64,000 nt of DNA from Felis catus (Eukaryota). Positions 12,295 to 23,913 of this stretch are shown piece by piece. The stretch covers positions 31,682,001-31,746,000 of the forward strand of contig NC_058384.1 of assembly GCF_018350175.1 (NCBI RefSeq), in the 5' to 3' direction. Made by a program: the position numbers and the translations under genes. The notes under the pieces are model-generated. The model saw only the letters and a program-made list of their open reading frames with translations, did no database searches and was not told the origin of the DNA. Position 1 is the stretch's first letter, and each line of letters starts with the position of its first letter.

Positions 12295-12374
12295 TAAATT
12301 GAACCTTATGAAACTGTTAATACTTGACCTTTTCTGACCTATGAAAACAGCTTTTTTTCACATGGTTGTACCTA
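12295..12374. mobile_element. ~80 bp MITE-like element with degenerate terminal inverted repeats in the TRAF5 3' UTR
   Basis: Left taaattgaaccttatgaaa vs reverse complement of right taggtacaaccatgtgaaa (13/19 identical). Confidence 0.5.
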
Positions 12375-12427
12375 ATAAAATATGAGCTTTAGTTGGATGA
12401 CTATATCTCCATATATATGTATAAACT

Positions 12428-12447
12428 ATCTCTCCCTCTCTCTCTCT

Positions 12448-12490
<43 letters not shown>
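12428..12490. repeat. (CT)n(CA)n microsatellite in the TRAF5 3' UTR
   Basis: Read directly. Confidence 0.95.
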
Positions 12491-12495
<5 letters not shown>

Positions 12496-13168
12496 ACAGT
12501 GCAGTACTTTCTGTTTACTTCAACAGGAAGAATGAAAATGCTTCCTCTATTCACCAGTTCTAACACAGCCTTGCAAAACTGTACTTGGTGACTACTGGTA
12601 ATTTTTAATGAAAATATTTAGAGGTGTAGTAATTTCCACAAATTTTGTATTTGACCAAATAAAGTCTGGTCCAAACTGGGCTTATGGTCTTTGAAAGTAC
12701 ATCACCCAACTACTTAACTGGAATAGTCTACCCTGGAAGATGGCTTTTGCAGGCTTATGGTCAGGTCTAGAATCAGCAGGCCAAATAATAAAATACCAAA
12801 GCATTTTCAATTCTTCCTTTGTGTCCTCAGTAACATTTCACATAGTGCCTACCATGAGACGCTATGCTAAGCACCAGTAAAACAGATATGCCCCAGACCT
12901 CGCTTTCAAGAAACTTAACATCTTTCAAGAAATATAAAAATATAAATAATGAGAGAATATTCTAAGGTTTTAAGTTTCAAACTGGGATAGAGTAAAACGT
13001 AAAAAGAAGATAGCACTTGAGAAGTTTTAAACTGCCTTCAAACACCAAGTGGCAAGAAGCCAAATACAAATGTGTACTAAGTTCAATGTCAGTCCATATG
13101 ATAATCACAGGTGTCCTCCTCCATGGTTCTGGACCCAACAAGTCCTTCATCACCCCCAGAAACAGGGA

Positions 13169-13746
13169 CTAGAGATCCTCTAGGTCAGTTAAATCCACGG
13201 CCACTTTCAGGAACACGGTGTCATCTTTAATGTAGGTGTTCTTGGCGCTCTCCAAAGTGGAATGAGCCACGAAGCGGGGGCAGCCAGACGCAATGTTCAT
13301 CTCTCCATCAGGTCTTTTAAAGCTACTGCTATTGGGGTCAGCCTTGAAGGTCTCCATAATGTGGTTCTTTTTGCCACTCTGGTCCAAAAGCATCAGGGTC
13401 ACCCTCTGCCTGAACGGCCACTGCAACAGTGAGTCAAACTCCCCTCGCATCACCACGAAGTACAGCGACAGGTGTGTCCCCTTCCCGGACCCATCCCCGT
13501 TTAGGTATGCTCTAGCACAGAGCCGGTAGCCGCACCGGCTGGTGTAGAAGGGCTGGCTGAAGATGGACACCGTGTGCCCATCGAGTGCCTCCCTCTTCTT
13601 CGTCTTATAGTCTGTCACCTTCCAGATGAGCTTTCCGTTGTAGCAGGCACCTTCTAGTAGTTTAAATCTCTCTTCGTTTTTATTCAGCTGTGCTTTATGA
13701 ATATTAATGTGGGCATCATGTTTGTTAGTCTCCCCTTCCAAAACAA
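13169..13746 (-). CDS. TRAF5: TRAF5 exon 11 coding part (578 nt): MATH/TRAF-C domain (GKLIWKV...FVVMRGEFDSLLQWPF...SSSFKRP...DLEDL*)
   Basis: TTTGCAG|TT acceptor, TAG stop at 13169-13171; ORF track 13169..13741. Confidence 0.99.
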
Positions 13747-14411
13747 CTGCAAAGAAAGAAAGACAAAAAAAGATTCCATAGGCCTTAAAGTTGTCTTTAG
13801 AATGTGCCCAAAGTGGAATTGTGTTATCTGAAGAGAAAAATAAAATTCTGACATCCTAAAGATGAACTGAACTCAATGTCCACCAATGGATCATTTATAT
13901 GAATAATTAACTCAGTGACTCGCATGTCTTGGCAAAAGTAGCACCAAGGAAACCCAAATACACACTCTTGAACTGAAGCTCACCAAAGCATATAGAAGAC
14001 ACACAGCATTTGACTCATGTGCATTAGCATGGTAAGGCCCATTATTTAATAACTGGGATGCTTTTAAATAGCCAAGCCCTTTCAGATTTTCCTATACTTC
14101 AAACAATGTTTCCACCGCATCTCTCCCTTAGTTTTTTCATTATTTTCCACTCTTCTTAAAAACCACCACTCCCTGTGTTTGGAATTTCCTGGCCCATTTC
14201 TACCCTTTGCCTGTTCCAGCCCCTGCTCATCGCCGTCCATCATTTTCCCCCGAGTGGCCAGAATCTCATGCTGTTCTGTTTCACAAATACCAGATTCGAC
14301 CATTGTTTATCCTGGACAGCTGCGACTCTCCATCTGGCCAGGTGTTTGCTTGTTCCAGAAACATATGCAGACAACAGAGTCATCCAAAGAGAAGTAAAAT
14401 ACGTGCCATAC

Positions 14412-14580
14412 CTAGTCTTTGATCATTGGTTTCTAGCAGAGTAATTTTCTGCTTCACTGTATCAATCGCTTCCACCAAAGGCCTCAGATCAAATTTATTT
14501 TGTTGCTGGTTAGCCACTTGTAATAACTGACGCACTTGAGCTTCTAGCCAAGCGGACTTGTCAATGAGACTGGCAAGAGC
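14412..14580 (-). CDS. TRAF5: TRAF5 exon 10 (169 nt): ALASLIDKSAWLEAQVRQLLQVANQQQNKFDLRPLVEAIDTVKQKITLLETNDQRL
   Basis: CTGAAAG|GCT acceptor, G|GTATGG donor (phase 1). Confidence 0.97.
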
Positions 14581-15193
14581 CTTTCAGTACAACATGGATC
14601 ATAATGTAAAAAAGAAAAAAAAGTTAATATCTTAGTAATTCATTGATATTGAATTTTTTCAACCCAAACATTTCACATTTAATTAATCAATTAATGCAAT
14701 GAAAAATGCACAGTCTGGAAGAGAAAATTCAGTGAGGTTCACAGAGAGATGAACTACCTAGTATCTTCCTCCTCCTTCCGGTCACAGCTCCTGTTCCAAA
14801 TTTTTGAACTTCTCTTCATCTGACTTATACTCCTCCCTCAATTTCTATCCATTTGGTGCTCTAACCTATCTTTATATCTTTGTTCTCCTGTTGTTTCTCC
14901 TCTTGCCTTAATCACTTCCTTCTCAGAGGCTATTCTGATCCACGCCTGCCCTGTTAGAAGGCAGAGAATGAGCTGGAAATAGACCCATCCGTTCTGGCCT
15001 GAGCCCTACAAGTGGTCCAGAAGTGCAATGAGGTAAGGCTTGAACTTTAGATTCCCTGCCTGGGTAGAAGAGAGTAAATAAAACTAGACCCATACTTCTC
15101 TTCCACACTTGGCCCTCAGGACCTTAACTCTGACTGGTTTTGTGTTAGAAAAAGGTCAGAATTGAGATAATAACAAAAAAGATTTCCTTTTTT

Positions 15194-15195
<2 letters not shown>

Positions 15196-15237
<42 letters not shown>
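15196..15237. repeat. (AC)n microsatellite
   Basis: Read directly. Confidence 0.95.
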
Positions 15238-15239
<2 letters not shown>

Positions 15240-15344
15240 GTGCTGACAAAGTATGGGGAAATTACATGGCCTACATTTTTCTGGGATAGTCCACATTTCA
15301 AAACTGCTACCCATACCACAGGTCTTAAGATCCTTTTCACCACA

Positions 15345-15477
15345 GGGGCGCCCGAGTGGCTTAGTCGGCTGAGCGTCCAACTTCGGCTCAGGTCATGATC
15401 TCGAGGTTCGTGAAATCAAAGCACATCCCCCCTCCCCCCATCAGGCTGACATGATGACAGTGCAGAGCCTGCTTGGG

Positions 15478-15513
<36 letters not shown>

Positions 15514-15566
15514 CTTGCCCCACTCATACTGTCCTTCTCTCTCAAAAATAAACATTAAAATTTTTT
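15345..15566 (+). mobile_element. Can-SINE
   Basis: Head, (CT)n, A tail. Confidence 0.93.
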
Positions 15567-15690
15567 TTTACCATAAATTTTATAACTACAGTAAAGATAC
15601 TATTCATTAGAAATTTGTTTATGGTTACTTAACATTCATGATTTGCAAGTAATTTTTGATATATTTTAGTGTTTAAAGCATTTTATTCCC

Positions 15691-15905
15691 AGGGCACCTG
15701 GGTGGCCCAGTGGGTTAAGAGTCCAACTTTGGCTCAGGTCATGATGTCATAGCTCATGAGTTTGAGCCTTGCATCAGGTTCTGTGCTGACAGCTCACAGC
15801 CTGGAGCCTGCTTCAGATTCTGTGTCTCCCTCTCTCTCTGCTCCTCCCCTGCTCATGCTGTTGCTCTCTCAAAAATAAACATTAAAAAATTTTTTTAAAT
15901 AAATA
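15691..15905 (+). mobile_element. Can-SINE
   Basis: Full structure; TSD aaagcattttattccca. Confidence 0.96.
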
Positions 15906-16129
15906 AAGCATTTTATTCCCAAGGGAATTAATATTTCACTTTGTTGACTATGGATACACTCAATGAATCTTACATAAAGGAACTAATATTGGCCCAACAT
16001 CAATTATAACCCTAATTGCCATAAATTATATAAAGTATTATGTCAATTCTGTTAATACCTTAGTTATATTATTATAATTAAATATAACATAAATAAATAT
16101 AATATTATAATTACATAATTATATTAGTT

Positions 16130-16610
16130 AACTTACTGACATTGTTAAATGTACTGGGGTTATGTAAAAGAAGATCTTTATTCTTATGAAATACATAGTG
16201 AAGTGTGTACAGGTACAGGGCCATAATATATACAGCTTACTCTCAAATGCTTCAGAAAGTACATACACATACAGCAACAGAGATGTAGAGAGATATGGGA
16301 CAAAATACTAACAATGGGTGAATTTGGGCGGAGAATGCACAGATTTTTTTTTTTTTTTTTTTTTTTTTGAGAGAGAGACAGAGAGAGAGAGCATGTGCAC
16401 AAGCAGGGGAGGGGCAGAGGATCCAAAGCAGGCTCCATGCTGACAGCAGAGAACCCAATATGGGGCTCAAACTCACCAACTATGAGATCATGACCTGAGC
16501 CGAAGTCTGACACTTAACTGACTGAGCCACCCAGGCACCCCAAGAATACATGGGTATTTTTAAGCACTATCTTATTCTTACAGCTTTTCTTTACATTTGA
16601 AATTATCTCC
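16130..16610 (+). mobile_element. Ancient L1 (L1MC/MD-like) 3' end split by a SINE
   Basis: ggtgaatttggg...gcactatcttattcttacagcttttctttacatttgaaattat terminus. Confidence 0.65.
16344..16541 (-). mobile_element. Can-SINE
   Basis: Antisense, long poly(T). Confidence 0.95.
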
Positions 16611-16689
16611 ACTTAAGAAGTTATAAGAAAAACCCTGACTGCCAATTGAAGGTCAAATCTTGGCTATGAATAGAGAGGCCATTTCTCAC

Positions 16690-16830
16690 CTGGATGTTTG
16701 AGAGGAAGCTTCCATTTTTGCCGAGTAGCTGTGCAAACTGCTTGAACTCCTTTTCGAATTTCTTTACTGTTTCTGCTAACTGCTGGATTTTACTTTCTTT
16801 CTGTTCTAGGCTCTTATATAAATCAGAAAT
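16690..16830 (-). CDS. TRAF5: TRAF5 exon 9 (141 nt): ISDLYKSLEQKESKIQQLAETVKKFEKEFKQFAQLLGKNGSFLSNIQ, coiled coil
   Basis: TTATTAG|ATT acceptor, CAG|GTGAG donor. Confidence 0.97.
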
Positions 16831-16944
16831 CTAATAACAGAAATGGGAATGAGATCATTTAAGTGTATGTATACAAGTTTAAATAATTTAAATACAAGTC
16901 TAGAAAAATATTGTAGGTAAGAAAGTGTTTCTAGAAAAATAAAT

Positions 16945-17060
16945 ATACATGTAAGTAATGAGTCACTAAATTCTACTCCTGAAAGCATTACTACACTATA
17001 TGTTAACTAACTTGAATTTAAATAAATTTCAATAAATAAATAAATTAAATTTAAAAAAAG
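16945..17060 (+). mobile_element. Carnivore L1 3' tail fragment
   Basis: gaatcact-like/ttctactcctgaaa...atatgttaactaacttgaatttaaataaa terminus plus A-rich tail. Confidence 0.85.
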
Positions 17061-17319
17061 AAAAATACATGTATTTCTAGGAAAATATTTACAGGTAGAT
17101 TTCTATATAATATTTGTAGGTGCTTCAAAAAAACCAGATCCACAGATTTCTCATCAGTCTTTTTCATAGCTTAACCAGCTATGATGGTTCATCTAATGAT
17201 AGTGACATCACTTGACAAAATTTACTGAACTAGTTCTCTTCATTTATTCAGTATGCACTTATTAAACAACCACACAGTACTGATCATCACAGCACAGCAG
17301 ATGCTATCTGCACAGTATC

Positions 17320-17525
17320 AATAGTAATAGCTGACATTTGCTGAATGTCTGTCATACCCTTGTATTCATTAGCTCTCTTAATTCTCAAAAAACCCTATGA
17401 GTTGGGTATGATGATCAGTTCCGTTTTATAGATAAGGAAACAGAGGTAGAGAGTTTAAGTGACCTGCCCAGCAGACAGCTAGCTTAGCAAGTGGTAGGCA
17501 AAACATGATATGCTCTTAGAATCTG
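17320..17525 (-). mobile_element. MIR
   Basis: ttttatagataaggaaacagagg core. Confidence 0.85.
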
Positions 17526-17689
17526 TAATTATTTCAGGGAAATAACCAAAAGCTTTCGTGTGAGCCTAGACAACCCTCCTCCTATCGCCTCATCCATTCA
17601 ATCAGCAATACTTACCAACTTTAAACTCCCGACACACAACAAAACAAACGATTCTTATATCTACTTCTCATTTCATCTCATTTCGTTTC

Positions 17690-18440
17690 ACACTCACTGT
17701 AGCCTTATTTCTCACCTGGGCTGCTACAATAGCTTCCCACCTGGTCCTACACCATCCCTCGCACTCCCGCCAGATGGGAAGCTCTATGGGAATTGGGACG
17801 CATGTCCCACAGTCTGCTGTAACCTTGGCAACTGGTCTGGTGCCTGGCATCGGCAGGTATTTGATAAATATTTTTAGTATGAACGAATGATGCTCTCCCT
17901 TTCTTTACACTTGTTTTTCTCCAATTCATCCTTCATGCTGTAACCAGAGACAAGTCGATCTTGTCACTCCCCCCCCCTCCCTTAACCATCCTTAGTGGCC
18001 TTCTTTCACAGACCCTACAGGGTCCTACATGATCTGCCCCTGGCTACTTTCTCAGCCTCCTGCCTATTCCCATCCCACCTGTGCCCTGCGCTGCAAGCCT
18101 ACACACTTCTATTGTCCATCGAGTCCTGGTCTCTCACACACTTCCTCCTCCATCTAGAAACTACCACTTTTTAAGCCTCTACTCAAGGACACTTCCTCTC
18201 AGAAACACTTCTTCACTAGTATCACCTACCTAGGTCATCTCTCAAGTTCTAAGACCCCCTGACTACACTCTAGCATTTAACTTACCTTCATTACTCTTAT
18301 TGCTTTTTTGGGTTGTTTTGGTCTTTTCCTCCACTAAACTATTGAGGCTACATCTCCCTTATTTCTTCATCCCCAAAGCCTTGCACAGTGCCTGGCACAC
18401 AGAGGGCATTGGATATGTGTTTTATAAATGAACAAATGGT
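17690..18440 (+). mobile_element. L2 3' fragments
   Basis: ctcacctgggctgctacaatagc and gcacagtgcctggcacacag...aatgaacaaatg terminus. Confidence 0.75.
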
Positions 18441-18739
18441 TGCAACAACCATCTGCTCTCTGGCCCCAGAATCTTCCATTTAGATCCTGAGAGCTGATTT
18501 CCACCTACATGGTTGACATATCTCCCTGATAAGTGTCTTCTCCCTCCACCTTACCTCTACTTGTCCTGCAGTGTCCATCTCAGATAATAATTCCATGTTC
18601 TCCGCCTTCTAAACTTACAGCTTGCCATTGTGACCTTGGAGTGTCTCTCAATGCCCTTCCCATCCCCAGACACAGCCTTGGCTGAGCCACCAGCACCATC
18701 ACTTCCAGTATCTCGCCTTCACCTAGTACTGAACTGCTT

Positions 18740-18915
18740 ATTACATTGCCACTGTGCTAAGAGCTTAAATATATTAGCTCATTTAACCCTTCCAACAACC
18801 CCATTTTATGAATGAGGAAATTGGGGAAGAGCGGAGTTAAGTAGCTTGTCCAAACTCATACGGCAAGTGTGGGGCCAGGTCTCAAAACCAGGCATTCTGG
18901 CTCCAGAGCCCTCAC
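18740..18915 (-). mobile_element. MIR
   Basis: cccattttatgaatgaggaaatt core. Confidence 0.85.
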
Positions 18916-19089
18916 TGTTCAATTGCCAGGCTCTACTGCTACATTGCCTAGTTCGTGACAACATCCTTCTGCCTGGTCCCCTGTCCTCATGCTCTCCTCT
19001 CCCTCTATCCATCTTCTGTGCTACCACCAGCTATCTTACTGTTTAAAGCCAAACAATTAGCCAGCCAAGCAGTGGTCTTCGCCTGCCCC

Positions 19090-19284
19090 CACCATCCAAA
19101 ACTTTGCTTCACGCCACTTTGCTTTCATGAAAGACCTGCGTTAGTGCCTGTTTCACTAACCGAAAGAAATCAAAGAGGATCTTCGCTTTCATGAAATGGT
19201 AGTGGCTTCTTTGCTTTACACGACATTGGCTTATGAAAGGTTCCATAGGATTGCTCTGTTTCCCATTGTGTGAGAAACCTGTAT
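19090..19284 (-). mobile_element. Tigger-family DNA transposon fragment (MER127-like)
   Basis: ggcttatgaaaggttccataggattgctc...gagaaacctgta resembles a recalled Tigger-type terminus. Confidence 0.5.
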
Positions 19285-19599
19285 TTTCTTATCTCGAAAC
19301 CTCCATTAGCTCCCCTATTACTGACAAACATTAGTTCAAACTTTGGCCCTTAAATCCTTCTTGAAACAAAGCAGATATGAATGAACAAAAAATAATAATT
19401 GAATGTACAGTATCTGCAACCTCTTAGCTTACATGGACGGCCACTGCAATCTGCACCCAGCACACCAGTCTCCAGCTCTTTCTGGCTCACGTTCAGGAGC
19501 CTCACCACCCCAAAACCCCAGTTCCCTGAACCATCAGCCTCTCTCATAACTCCTGGTCTTGGCACAAGCTTTCCTTTTCTGGAACGTTCTTTCCCCACA

Positions 19600-19895
19600 A
19601 CATTTAAGTTGACAAATCTTTTCTTCCTTCAAAATGAAGCTCGGATGTGCTACCTTGAAGAGCTTTCCCCAAATCCCACAGAGCAAACTGCTGCAGCCTC
19701 TGTACCCCGGACTGAGTAACAGCATATCCTATGGCACGGCAACTTATCTATTTGCATTTTTGCGTTGTGAGTCCTTCAAGGGCAGAAGCTGTGTGTTTCT
19801 TGACTCAGAGCCCCTAGCAACGCACCTCATAGCTGATGTATAGCAGGTGTTTGTTGAATGAGTGCATGGATGGATGGATGGATGGATGGATGGAT
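19600..19895 (+). mobile_element. L2 3' end with (GGAT)n tail at 19866-19895
   Basis: caggtgtttgttgaatgagtgc terminus followed by GGAT repeat. Confidence 0.75.
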
Positions 19896-20779
19896 GAGGC
19901 AAGTGGTACAGAAAGAACTTAGGAATGGTTATCAGGCAGTGTGCCCTCTACCAAAGTCACGGTCTGAGTGGTCTTCGCACTTTTCTCCAGGGTCTGACCT
20001 TGGAACTCACATACCTACTTTAATATGGAATTAGACACCATAAACTAATTGGCAATAATAGAATTCAGCTCCCTCTCTTCCTGACATGGGCTTGAGAAGT
20101 CTGATCCTCTGAGATGTTCTAACAAAATAATTAACTTTTATAATAATTACTCAATAGAATCAGCATTTGGAGTCCATTATGAATATTCCAGGGACTGTGG
20201 CAGGCATTTGCACACATAATTTCACTTGGTAATCACAACTCAGTGAAATACATATGTATGTATGCATTTATCAGGCTGCAAAGCTTTTCATAGGCAGGAG
20301 TTAAGACTTACTACAAAATATATAAAACCCAAAATGCCTAGAACAGATAGTTAACTATTGCTTCATGGTAAGATTGGTCTAATTAAAAAACATCAAGCAC
20401 CTGCTAGTCACCTACTAGGTGCCAGATATTAACCAAAAGGCGTGTGGATAGGCTGCAGAGACAGTGTGGTATTTCTAGACTAAGAATCAGGGGACATGGG
20501 TTTGAGAGTAAATTCTACCACTTACAAGTTACAAACACATCAAAATTTCTTTGAGCTTAGTTATTTCATCTGCTGAATGAAAGGGTTGGGTCCAGAGATC
20601 TCAAAGGCACCTTCCAGTTCTAATATTCTATAATCCTATGGGTCTGCCTGGCCACTTAGTAGAAAACCATCTACCTCCAGTAGACATGTACTCAAACAGA
20701 GGAGACTATAAAAAGCCAACGATTACCAGCCCCAGTGGTTGTGATGCCTCCCCTTATATCTGAATTCTTGAATATTTAC

Positions 20780-20872
20780 CTGTTCTTCTAACTGGAAGTT
20801 CTTTTCTAAAACCAGAAGCATGTGGTCCCGTAAGGCTGAATGCTCATGCTCCAGCAGGTTCCCCCGTTTATC
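20780..20872 (-). CDS. TRAF5: TRAF5 exon 8 (93 nt): DKRGNLLEHEHSALRDHMLLVLEKNFQLEEQ
   Basis: ATTGAAG|GAT acceptor, CAG|GTAAAT donor. Confidence 0.97.
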
Positions 20873-21787
20873 CTTCAATGTGAAGAGGAAAGGAAGTCAG
20901 GCTGCTGAAAAGCTCCAAACATGAAGGTGGTGACGAGATATTCTGCTAAAGCAGACCTTAACAATTTTGCTTGCTTGTCTGAAGCTGAGTTGCAGAAGAA
21001 TCAGCCCCTCCAGGTCCCTTTCCCAGCCACAGGATTCTACAGTGCCCATGAGACAATTTTAAACTTACAGAAACAGAGAATCGGGCCACTGTCAAAATTT
21101 CAATGCGGATTTCCTTCCTTGTGCTGGGAATGTGTGACCGTGGGTCAAGTGTAGTTATCCTCTGTCAACTATTCCCACACAAAACCTATCTCTTTGGCGG
21201 GTTAGCTTCAGATCAGTTTCAAGCCTAGGTTAGTTCTCTCTCCTACCAAGCACACATTTTCATGCTGTCTTCTATCAAAGGCCACAGGCATGCAACCTGA
21301 TTGTAATTTCAGCCCAGGCAAATTTGTTGCCCTCAAAATCAAATAACAGGTTTATAAGAATAAAGGGTTACTTCTTCCCTGATGATTAAAATACCGAATT
21401 GCAAACTGCCTATATTACTAGTAAAAGCAAATGGTAGATGTTCTGGGTGATCTGTGGACCAAAGCATACATTTATCAACAATTTTCCTTCAGTTTAGGAT
21501 TGGCCCCTTCTCCAGAGAATACCTTTCCTCCTCCTTTTCTTCCTTTTCATCCTGGAAGGTCTAGACTACAGCCCAACTGGGAGTTTAGGCCTAACTATTA
21601 GGAAGATTCCTTTCAGAGCTGGAAAGCAATGCCATATTTCATGCACTAAAAAGGTAAACCTTATCCTTTTTGTAGCCAAGACTGTCACTGGTTTGATATG
21701 TGAAAATCTGTGGACTCCAATGATTTTTTTTAATGGTTCCCACAATATGCATTTTTAAAAATAGGTTCTTAAAATAAGAGAAATGTA

Positions 21788-21996
21788 GGGGCACCTGGGT
21801 GGCTCATCAGTTGGGCATTTGACTTCAGCTCAGGTCATGATCTCACAGTCCGTGAGTTTGAGCCCCGTGTCAGGCTCTGTGCTGACAGCTCAGAACCTGG
21901 AGCCTGTTTCAGATTCTGTGTCTCCCTCTCTCTTCCCTTTCCCTTCTCATGATCTGTCTCTCTCTGTCTCTCAAAAATGAATAAACGTTAAAACAA
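21788..21996 (+). mobile_element. Can-SINE (5' part of SINE-L1 composite)
   Basis: Full-length head at 21788; tail abuts L1 sequence with no TSD copy between. Confidence 0.95.
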
Positions 21997-22383
21997 AATA
22001 CTACATGGCAATGAGAAAGAATGAAATATGGCCTTTTGTAGCAATGTGGATGGAACTGGAGAGTGTTATGCGAAGTGAAATAAGTCATACAGAGAAAGAC
22101 GTACACCATATGTTTTAATTCTTATGTGGGTCCTGAGAAACTTAACAGAAGACCATGGGGGAGGGGAAGGAAAAAAAAGGGGGGGTTAGAGAGGGAGGGA
22201 GCCAAAATATGAGACTCTTAAAAACTGAGAACAAACTGAGGGTTGATGGGGGGTGGGAGGGAGGGGAGAGTAGGTGATGGGCATTGAGGAGGGCACCTGT
22301 TGGGATGAGTACTGGGTGTTGTATGGAAACCAATTTGACAATAAATTTCGTATTAAAAAGATTTTTTTAATAAAATTAAAAAA
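21997..22383 (+). mobile_element. 5'-truncated felid L1 3' end (3' part of composite)
   Basis: L1 ORF2 C-terminal/3' UTR sequence ending ccaatttgacaataaattt plus A-rich tail. Confidence 0.95.
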
Positions 22384-22844
22384 AAGAGAAATGGGTGCTT
22401 TCCAATACAGCAAGATATGGAATGAAAAGCAAAAGGCCTCTTCTTTCCAGCACCGCATCCAATTTGCTAAGTCTCTCACTCACCAGAGTCAGTGAAGATA
22501 TATACACATTTTTAACTCAATGAGATCATAACCATATTTAATTTTTAAAAATACATACCTCATTCTTTTTATCAGATGCATGGTATTCCAAAATATAAAT
22601 AATATATTATAATATATAATAAAAATTATACAGCCAGTACTTTAGTGATGGACTTAGAGGTTTTTAGTTTTTTGTTGTCTTTTGCTACATAAACAGCTTC
22701 GTGTGAGGGTTTGTATATGCGTGTAATCATTGCATACTTATGAAAGAATTTCTGTGAGATAAATTCCTAGCAATAGAATTACAAGGCCACTGTATGGGCT
22801 CACTATTTTTTTTTTAACAAAAAATTTATTTTATTGTATTTTAT

Positions 22845-23068
22845 TTTTTTATTAAAAAAATTTTTTTAACATTTATTTATTATTGAGAGACAGAGACAGA
22901 GCATGAGCATGGGAGGGGCAGAGAGAGGGGGAGGCACAGAATCTGAAGCAGGCTCCAGGCTCTGAGCTGTCAGCACAGAGCCCGACACGGGGCTCGAACT
23001 CACAAACCATGAGATCACAACCTGAGTGGAAGTCGGACGCTTTACCGACTGAGCCACCTAGGTGCTCC
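22845..23068 (-). mobile_element. Can-SINE inserted into the T-tail of an older SINE
   Basis: TSD tgtattttatttt on both sides. Confidence 0.93.
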
Positions 23069-23096
23069 TGTATTTTATTTTTTTAAACTAAGCTCT

Positions 23097-23201
23097 GGGT
23101 GCCTGGATGGCTCAGTTGTTAAGCATCTGACTTCCACTCAAGTCATTATCTCATGGTTCATGAGTTCAAGTCCCACGTCAGGTGAGCTCATGCCCCGCTT
23201 T
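23097..23201 (+). mobile_element. Can-SINE 5' half (rest in N run)
   Basis: gggtgcctggatggctcag head. Confidence 0.88.
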
Positions 23202-23376
23202 NNNNNNNNNNNNNNNNNNNNNNNNNNNNNNNNNNNNNNNNNNNNNNNNNNNNNNNNNNNNNNNNNNNNNNNNNNNNNNNNNNNNNNNNNNNNNNNNNNN
23301 NNNNNNNNNNNNNNNNNNNNNNNNNNNNNNNNNNNNNNNNNNNNNNNNNNNNNNNNNNNNNNNNNNNNNNNNNNNN

Positions 23377-23450
23377 CCAACGTGGGGCTTGAACTCACAA
23401 CCCTGAGATCAAGAGTCACATGCTCTACCAACTAAGGTAGCCAAGTGCCC
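23377..23450 (-). mobile_element. Head of an older short Can-SINE (tail at ~23069-23096)
   Basis: ccaacgtggggcttgaactcacaaccctgagatcaagagtc. Confidence 0.85.
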
Positions 23451-23913
23451 CTCACTTTTCATAGATACAACTAAACTATCCTCAGAAAAAGTTGGGATAT
23501 TGTAAGTTGTTTTAATCTTTGTCAATTTGATGGTGAAAGTTATATTTCTTGTTATAATATACATTTAGGAGTGAGATTGAGTGTCTTTTCTTACATCTGT
23601 TAGTCAATTGAATTTTTTTCTGAAACTACTCATATATTCCTATGCCTACTGTAATGATTCTTAATATATTAAGGAAAATATCCTTTTTTGTCTTGTCATA
23701 TGTTGTAAATATTTACTTCCAGTTTGTGGTTTCCCATTTGATTTTATTTATGGTATTTTTAAAAATCATATAAAAGTTTAAAATATTTGTAGTTAAACAT
23801 CAAAATTATAGCTCCTGGTTTTGTGTTAGTCATCTAAGAAAGACTTTTATATCAAGAATAAAAAAATCCACTCACCTTTTCTTCTAGTATTTTTTATGAT
23901 TTTTAAAATAAAC

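Larger units (their letters stand above)
11200..13168 (-). other. TRAF5: TRAF5 3' UTR (distal end approximate)
   Basis: Follows the stop codon; AT-rich and mostly unique. Candidate variant signal AGTAAA at 11228-11233 with a GU-rich tract downstream. Confidence 0.55.

Noticed and set aside
15980-16130. Very AT-rich quasi-palindromic stretch
   Set aside because: Low-complexity; short inverted matches are expected by chance at this composition.
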